Shown: in pieces, positions 53,909 through 59,428 of the stretch | Numbering within the stretch: the first letter of the stretch is position 1 | How the letters are laid out: every line of letters starts with the position of its first letter | The notes under the pieces: generated by a model | Told to the model about the DNA's origin: nothing | What the model saw: the letters and a program-made list of their open reading frames with translations, nothing else | The model's database searches: none | From: a virus | Lineage: Duplodnaviria > Caudoviricetes | Virus record (IMG/VR): IMGVR_UViG_3300027787_000003 | Span: 1-59,428 of that record | Length of the DNA stretch: 59,428 bases | Direction: 5' to 3' (one strand) | Made by a program: the position numbers and the translations under genes

Positions 53909-54483
53909 CCATTCACCGCCTGATCTACCTCGCCGGTCAGCCCGGCTCGGGCAAAAGCACGCTGATGGCGCGCCTGACCGAGGGCTACGACCGAATCCAC
54001 GTCGGCCCGCCCGAGGTGCCCGTGGCTCACGACCAGCTCACGCGCGAGGTGCCCGGCGGCGTCGATGACGGCACGATCGAAATCGTCGGAGCCGAGCTTG
54101 GCGAGCAGCGCGGCGCGTTCGGCGGCACCGACCTGCTCCCGGCGTCGATCATCGACAAGGCCATCCCGTGGATCGAGACCGCTCCGTACCGGCTGGTCCT
54201 CGCCGAGGGCCAGCGCCTCGCGAACAAGCGATTCCTCCTGGCAGCCGCCTCGACCTACCAGGTGACGCTGGCGCTGCTCGACCACGCCGACCAGGACGCC
54301 TGGAGGCGCAAGCTCAGCCGGTCGCGTGGCCGGATTCAGAACGAGAGCTGGGTGAAGGGTCGGCTCACCGCGAACCGTAACCTCGCCGACCAGCTCGACG
54401 GCAAGCTGGACATCTGCGTGCTGCGTGGTCATCCTGACGCGCTGTTCGAGCCGCTGAAGGCGGTAATCTCGGGCGATGGCTGA
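53905..54483 (+). CDS. P-loop (NMP-kinase-like) protein
   Basis: LIYLAGQPGSGKST Walker A, FGGTD, EGQRL. GTGA overlap, AGGAGG RBS. Confidence 0.8.
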   Translation: MTIHRLIYLAGQPGSGKSTLMARLTEGYDRIHVGPPEVPVAHDQLTREVPGGVDDGTIEIVGAELGEQRGAFGGTDLLPASIIDKAIPWIETAPYRLVLAEGQRLANKRFLLAAASTYQVTLALLDHADQDAWRRKLSRSRGRIQNESWVKGRLTANRNLADQLDGKLDICVLRGHPDALFEPLKAVISGDG

Positions 54484-56221
54484 GGTCGAGTTTCCAGACC
54501 GCTCGGGCGTTCCGCTGCCCGACGTCTGGACCGCTGACGGCGCGTTCGACAGCCAGCGAGCGGCCCTGATCGCCGCTGAAACCGACGACTGGCCCGACGA
54601 CCAGCGGGCGGCGATGCTGGCCAGCCTCCGTGCCGCTGAGGTGCGCGCCGTGGCCAAGACACGCTACCGGCACCCCGCCGACATCGCCCGCAGCGTCGAT
54701 CCCAACTTCGTGCTGACGCCCGCCCTCGATCTGATCAGCTCGGCGATCGAGCGCGTGCTGGACAGCCCGCGCAAGATCAACCTGGCGATCACGATGCCGC
54801 CTCAGGAGGGCAAATCAACCACGGCGGCGGTCTGGACGCCGATCCGCGCGCTCCAGAAGAACCCGAACCGCCGGATCATTCTCTCGACCTACGCCGACGC
54901 CCTCGCCGAGGCGCACAGCCGCGCCGCCCGCTCAATCATCAGCACCTACGGCGCGGGCCTGACCGATTCGCTGACCGGCCTGGCGGTCGAGGACAAGATC
55001 GGACTGAAGCTCGCCCAGGGAGCGAACAAGGTCAGCGCGTGGTCGGTCGAGGGCGGCGCGGGCGGTCTGGTCGCCGCCGGTATCGGCTCCACGATCACCG
55101 GCCTCCCGGCTGACCTGTTCATCATTGACGACCCGTTCAAGAACATGATGGAGGCCGACTCAGCCGCCCACCGCAACCGCATCGAGGCGTGGTTCAGCTC
55201 GGTCGCGCTGACCCGCCTCGCGCCCGACGCCAGCGTGATCCTGATTCAGACCCGCTGGCACCCCGAGGACTTGGCCGGAAAGGTGTTCGCCGGGGAGAAG
55301 CTGCTGCCCAAGGGCGAGCGGACCTGGCGGTTCTTGAACATCCCGGCCATCGCCGAGGAGGGCATCCCCGACGCCCTGGGACGCGCGCCGGGCGTGCCGA
55401 TGGTCAGCGCCCGCGACACCGCCGAGGCCAAGCGCAACTTCGCCGTCACGCGCCGCCAGGTCGGCGAGCGCACCTGGTACGCCCTCTACCAGGGCAGCCC
55501 GCGCAACCCGGCGGGCGGCATCTTCCAGCGGGCGTGGTTCGAGCCTCGGCTGCCTGAGCCGCCGCTGTACCCGATCGCCTCGATGGTCGGCGTGGACCCG
55601 GCTGACTCAGGCGAGGGCGACGAAGCCGGAATCATCGGCGGGATGCTCTACCACGACGCGGGCCAGGCCAAGGTCGCCCTGACCCACGACCGATCCGGCC
55701 AGTTCACCGCCGACCAGTGGGCGCGCGAGGCGGTGCTGCTGGCGCTCGAAATCGGCGCTCGGGAGGTCGCCGTCGAGAGCTACACCAGCTCGACCACCTA
55801 CGTCCAGGTGGTCAAGCGGGCCTACCAGGCGGTCCACCGCGAGGCGGTGACCAAGGCCCACAACGGCGCGGCGCTGACCCCGGTCGAGCAGCGCGCCCTG
55901 ACCGACATTCCGCCGTTCATGGTGACCAAGTGGCGCGGCCCGACCAAGGCCGACGCCGTGGCCCGCTCGGGCGCGCTGAGCCAGGCCCTCGAAACGGGGA
56001 AGTGCCGAACGGTCGATTACGTGATGCGCGTGTTCGAGGAGCAGGCGTGCGACTGGCAGGCCGGTCAACACCAGCCCGACCGGGTGGCGGCGGCGGTCAT
56101 CACTCACGACAAGCTCGCCACGCTGGCGGGCGGCGGAATGCACCTGGCCAGTCCGATCGACGCCCAGGCGAGCGTCGTCGGGGTCGCGCCGCCCGCGTAC
56201 CTGCGGCGCAAGATCGGCTAA
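54476..56221 (+). CDS. terL: Terminase large subunit
   Basis: MPPQEGKST, FIIDDP, IQTRWH, ALYQG.P, VGVDPA, PDRV. Confidence 0.95.
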   Translation: MAEVEFPDRSGVPLPDVWTADGAFDSQRAALIAAETDDWPDDQRAAMLASLRAAEVRAVAKTRYRHPADIARSVDPNFVLTPALDLISSAIERVLDSPRKINLAITMPPQEGKSTTAAVWTPIRALQKNPNRRIILSTYADALAEAHSRAARSIISTYGAGLTDSLTGLAVEDKIGLKLAQGANKVSAWSVEGGAGGLVAAGIGSTITGLPADLFIIDDPFKNMMEADSAAHRNRIEAWFSSVALTRLAPDASVILIQTRWHPEDLAGKVFAGEKLLPKGERTWRFLNIPAIAEEGIPDALGRAPGVPMVSARDTAEAKRNFAVTRRQVGERTWYALYQGSPRNPAGGIFQRAWFEPRLPEPPLYPIASMVGVDPADSGEGDEAGIIGGMLYHDAGQAKVALTHDRSGQFTADQWAREAVLLALEIGAREVAVESYTSSTTYVQVVKRAYQAVHREAVTKAHNGAALTPVEQRALTDIPPFMVTKWRGPTKADAVARSGALSQALETGKCRTVDYVMRVFEEQACDWQAGQHQPDRVAAAVITHDKLATLAGGGMHLASPIDAQASVVGVAPPAYLRRKIG

Positions 56222-56778
56222 TCGCTGAGCTTGTCCACGACTTCGAGCCGGTACTGAGTCACCGGCAGAATCGGGCGCTGGAGCCGCTGGCACGTCGCCG
56301 CGCCGACCATCAGCGCGTCGGCTTCGTTGTTGCTCGCCAGGTCGGCCTCGGGGAACAGCTTGATCGCCGCCGCCAGAATGTGGTCCTTGTCGGTGCCCGG
56401 CCCTGAGCCTTTGCCGACGGTGAACTTCGCCCGCTGGCTGGTCCCGACGACGGTCACGGGCGTCCCGTGGCGCTCGCACAGCTCCAGCACCCGACCGAAA
56501 ATCCACGGCAACACCCAGGCGTTCTCGCCCTTGGCGGCGAACGCCAGGTTCTCGATCCCGACGGCATCGACGCCCTCGAACGCTGGCTCGATCTGGTCGA
56601 GCAGCGCGTTCACCCGGCGCACCATCGCGCGCTTGCTCTTGTCCTTGGTGGGCTTGGGCGCGCTGACCGTCGCCGTGGCGATGACCGCCCGCCAGCGATC
56701 GCCGTCGTGCTCGCCGATGTCGATGCGCGCGAGACCCGTCGCCGTCAGCGAGGAGTCGATCCCAAGTACCCGAGGCAT
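56218..56778 (-). CDS. ruvC: RuvC-like Holliday junction resolvase
   Basis: VLGIDSSLTATG, GIE, NEADAL. ATG 56778 lies 7 nt after TAACAT. Confidence 0.9.
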   Translation of the reverse strand: MPRVLGIDSSLTATGLARIDIGEHDGDRWRAVIATATVSAPKPTKDKSKRAMVRRVNALLDQIEPAFEGVDAVGIENLAFAAKGENAWVLPWIFGRVLELCERHGTPVTVVGTSQRAKFTVGKGSGPGTDKDHILAAAIKLFPEADLASNNEADALMVGAATCQRLQRPILPVTQYRLEVVDKLSD

Positions 56779-56787
56779 GGCGGTCAT

Positions 56788-56810
56788 GTTACCCGACCCC
56801 GACGGGTAAC
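56788..56810. promoter_or_regulatory. Palindromic operator-like site between divergent genes
   Basis: GTTACCCG-ACCCCGA-CGGGTAAC, containing CCCGAC-N3-GACGGG. Confidence 0.55.
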
Positions 56811-56827
56811 TCTGTATCATCGCGTCC

Positions 56828-57229
56828 ATGACAACGCTTGTGCTGATCGTCTGGACCCTCGCGGTGATGCGCCTGACGCGGCTGATCAACGGCGACAAGA
56901 TCACCGACCGCCTGAGGCTGTACCCGGCTGGCAAGCTCCGCGCCGCCCAGCTCGTCCGCCAGGAGGCCCTGGGACACGGCCAGGTTCAGCGCGCCGCCGA
57001 CGCCGAGGCCCAGATTCAACGCTGGGACAAGGTGCTGTACTTCATCGAGTGCCCCTGGTGCGTGTCGATGTGGATCGCCTTCGGCACAGCCTGGGTGCCG
57101 CTGTTCTTCCACCACAACGTCGTCGCGCGGTACATCGCGATCGCCCTCGCCGCCTCCCACCTGGTCGGCGTCATGGCCCGATTCGCCGACACCGAGGAAA
57201 TTGACATCGAGGACGATGACGACCAGTAG
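56828..57229 (+). CDS. Membrane protein (DUF1360-like)
   Basis: RLTRLI..D.I, CPWCVSMW, hydrophobic segments, acidic tail. Confidence 0.7.
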   Translation: MTTLVLIVWTLAVMRLTRLINGDKITDRLRLYPAGKLRAAQLVRQEALGHGQVQRAADAEAQIQRWDKVLYFIECPWCVSMWIAFGTAWVPLFFHHNVVARYIAIALAASHLVGVMARFADTEEIDIEDDDDQ

Positions 57230-57255
57230 CACGGCTGGGCGATAGCCTGTCCAAC

Positions 57256-59166
57256 ATGGCTGCCTCTAACCTGCGCGTCGTTCGCCGCTCCAAGGGCAGC
57301 CCCGCGCGGCGCTCGCTGACAAGCTCAGTAGGCCGCTCCCTGGTCGCGGCGAGCCAGCCAGTCGATGACCCGCAGAAGGCGTTCCGCACCGTCGTCGGTG
57401 CCGTGGGGCGCGCCGACTGGCAATCTGAGGCGTGGTCGTACCTCGATGAGACCGGCGTCGGCGAGCTGCGCTACTACGTGAGCTGGCGGGCGGGGTCGTG
57501 CTCGCGGGTGCGGCTGATCGCCAGCGAGATTGACGAAGTGACCGGGCTGCCGACCGGCGGGCTGACCGAGGACGCCGACGGCAAGGTGAGCGGCGAGGCG
57601 GCGCGGGTCGCCGAAATCTGCAAGCAGGTCGCCGGGGGACCGCTGGGCCAGAGCCAGCTCATCAAGCGCGTAGCCGAATGTCTGACCGTCCCCGGCGAAC
57701 TGTGGATCGGCATTCTGGTCCGCGACGACGGCGAGCACTGGCTGGCCCTGACCCGCGACGAGATTCGCGCCAAGGCGGGCGGCGGCGCTGAAATCGAGAT
57801 GCCGACCGGCGAGAAGCACGACTACGTGCCCGGCGTCGATCGTCTGTTCCGCGTGTGGAACCCGCGCCCTCGCCGCGCCAAGGAACCCGACTCCCCGGTG
57901 CGGGCGTGCCTCGACAGCCTGCGCGAAATCGTCAGGACCACAAAGAAGATCAAGAACGCCGACAAGTCCCGGCTGATCGGCAACGGCATCATCTTCCTGC
58001 CTCAGGAACTCAGCCTCCCCGCCGCCCAGGCACCCATCGCGGCGAACCAGCCCGGCGCGGCGCTCCCGGCGGTCTCGGGCGTGCCCGCCGCCGATCAACT
58101 GAGCAACCTGCTCTACAACGTCGCGAAGGTCGCCGTCGAGGACGAGGACAGCCAGGCGGCGTTCATCCCGGTCATGGCGACCGTCCCCGGCGAACACCTC
58201 CAGAAGGTCACTCACCTGAAGTTCGGCAACGAGGTGACCGAGGTCGAAATCAAGAAGCGAAACGACGCGATCGCCCGGCTGGCGATGGGCCTCGACGTAT
58301 CGCCCGAGCGGCTGCTGGGACTGGGGACAAACTCCAATCACTGGTCGGCCTGGCAGATCGGCGACGAGGACGTTCAGCTTCACATCAGCCCGGTCATGGA
58401 GACCCTGTGCCAGGCGATCTACGAACAGGTGATCAAGGTCGTTCTCCAGCGCGAGGGCATCAAGCCCGAGAAGTACGTGCTCTGGTACGACGCCTCGGGC
58501 CTGACCGTTGACCCCGACAAGAGCGATGAAGCCAGCGAGGCCCACGACCGGGGAGCCATCACCAGCGAGGCGCTGCGGAAGTACTACGGGCTGGCCGACG
58601 ACGCGGGCTACGACTTCCAGACCTTGGAGGGCTGGCAGGTCTGGGCGCAAGACGCCGTGGCCAAGAACCCCGAGCTGATCACCACACTGCTGCCGCTGCT
58701 GGACAAGAACGTCCAGGGCCTCGACTTCCCCGCGCCTCAGCCCGCGCTGCCGCCGGGCCAGGACCAGGGGACCGGCGAGGAGCCAGCCGACGAATCGACC
58801 GGCCAGGAGCCAGACACCGAGAGCGAGGCCGAGAGCGAGGCCGGGGCGCGCGTGATCGAGCCTGCCGAAATGATCCTCGCCGAGCGGGTGCTGGTGACCC
58901 GCGCGCTGGAGCTGGCCGGGAAGCGCCGCGCTCGCACGAACGAGCTGAAGTCACGGCTGAGCGGTCTCGCCGCTCACGACTACCACCGCGTTCTCGGGCC
59001 GGTCGCCGAGACCGAGATTCCCCGGCTGATCAACGGCTGGGACACCGCCCTCGAAGATCACGCGATCCGGCTGCTGGGCGTTGACACCGACGCCATGCGC
59101 GCCAGGGTGCGCGCTGAGATTCGCCGCGAGCTGACTCAGCCGGTCATCGACGGCCAGGTGGTCTGA
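57256..59166 (+). CDS. Portal protein
   Basis: 636 aa downstream of terminase. WQSEAW..VGELRY, LTVPGE, RLAMGLD..PE.LLG..NHWSAW. Confidence 0.9.
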   Translation: MAASNLRVVRRSKGSPARRSLTSSVGRSLVAASQPVDDPQKAFRTVVGAVGRADWQSEAWSYLDETGVGELRYYVSWRAGSCSRVRLIASEIDEVTGLPTGGLTEDADGKVSGEAARVAEICKQVAGGPLGQSQLIKRVAECLTVPGELWIGILVRDDGEHWLALTRDEIRAKAGGGAEIEMPTGEKHDYVPGVDRLFRVWNPRPRRAKEPDSPVRACLDSLREIVRTTKKIKNADKSRLIGNGIIFLPQELSLPAAQAPIAANQPGAALPAVSGVPAADQLSNLLYNVAKVAVEDEDSQAAFIPVMATVPGEHLQKVTHLKFGNEVTEVEIKKRNDAIARLAMGLDVSPERLLGLGTNSNHWSAWQIGDEDVQLHISPVMETLCQAIYEQVIKVVLQREGIKPEKYVLWYDASGLTVDPDKSDEASEAHDRGAITSEALRKYYGLADDAGYDFQTLEGWQVWAQDAVAKNPELITTLLPLLDKNVQGLDFPAPQPALPPGQDQGTGEEPADESTGQEPDTESEAESEAGARVIEPAEMILAERVLVTRALELAGKRRARTNELKSRLSGLAAHDYHRVLGPVAETEIPRLINGWDTALEDHAIRLLGVDTDAMRARVRAEIRRELTQPVIDGQVV

Positions 59167-59428
59167 TGTTCCCTACCCGAGGCGAAGCCCTCGATCGAAC
59201 CATCGAGTTCGAGGCGGCGCTGGCCGACCTGTACTCCGAGGCGCTGAACGCCTGGGTCGTCCAGGCGCGCCCGCTGGTGATTCCTGATCTGGCTGGTCAT
59301 GTGATCAATGGAGACCCTGCTTTGGTTGCTGCCTCGACTCCACCGAACCCGTCGGGAGTCGATCAAACCGCCGGGGTCTGGGATCAGCTTTCGACTGAGC
59401 TGATCCTAGCGGGCCTGTCAACCTTGTG
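59166..59428 (+). CDS. 5' part of a head morphogenesis/maturation protein, truncated by the window edge
   Basis: TGATG coupling to portal. Frame MFPTRGEALDRTIEFEAAL stays open to the end. Function inferred from synteny. Confidence 0.55.
   Translation, partial: MFPTRGEALDRTIEFEAALADLYSEALNAWVVQARPLVIPDLAGHVINGDPALVAASTPPNPSGVDQTAGVWDQLSTELILAGLSTL

Overview
This is about 59 kb of a GC-rich tailed actinobacteriophage genome. Gene order and content match a cluster-B-like mycobacteriophage, and the window runs across the point where such genomes are conventionally opened. From left to right it contains: the tail module (chaperone, 2099-aa tape measure with Rpf-like and peptidase-like motifs, minor tail proteins); a small leftward HTH operon; lysin A and lysin B; a leftward replication block (PD-(D/E)XK exonuclease, SF2 helicase, primase-helicase, endonuclease VII, family-A DNA polymerase); a rightward accessory operon (RHH, HTH, papain-like protease, very basic protein); a leftward array of small early genes; and a rightward ParB-like / TET-JBP dioxygenase / GT-A glycosyltransferase / PIG-L deacetylase / P-loop kinase cluster running directly into large terminase, then RuvC, portal and the start of a head morphogenesis gene. 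The best candidate for a new system is that five-gene cluster. It reads as a post-replicative DNA hypermodification pathway (oxidise a base methyl group, add an N-acetyl sugar, de-N-acetylate it) with no methyltransferase in the window, which points to a cationic amino-sugar analogue of base J. The non-coding DNA is also highly organised: eight sigmaA-like leftward promoters carrying one shared operator in an 18-bp spacer, extra operator copies at the glycosyltransferase and RuvC promoters, repeated hairpin-plus-RBS leaders, and about a dozen apparently leaderless genes. No integrase, tRNA or CRISPR array was seen. All family calls come from motif recognition by eye, not database searches.
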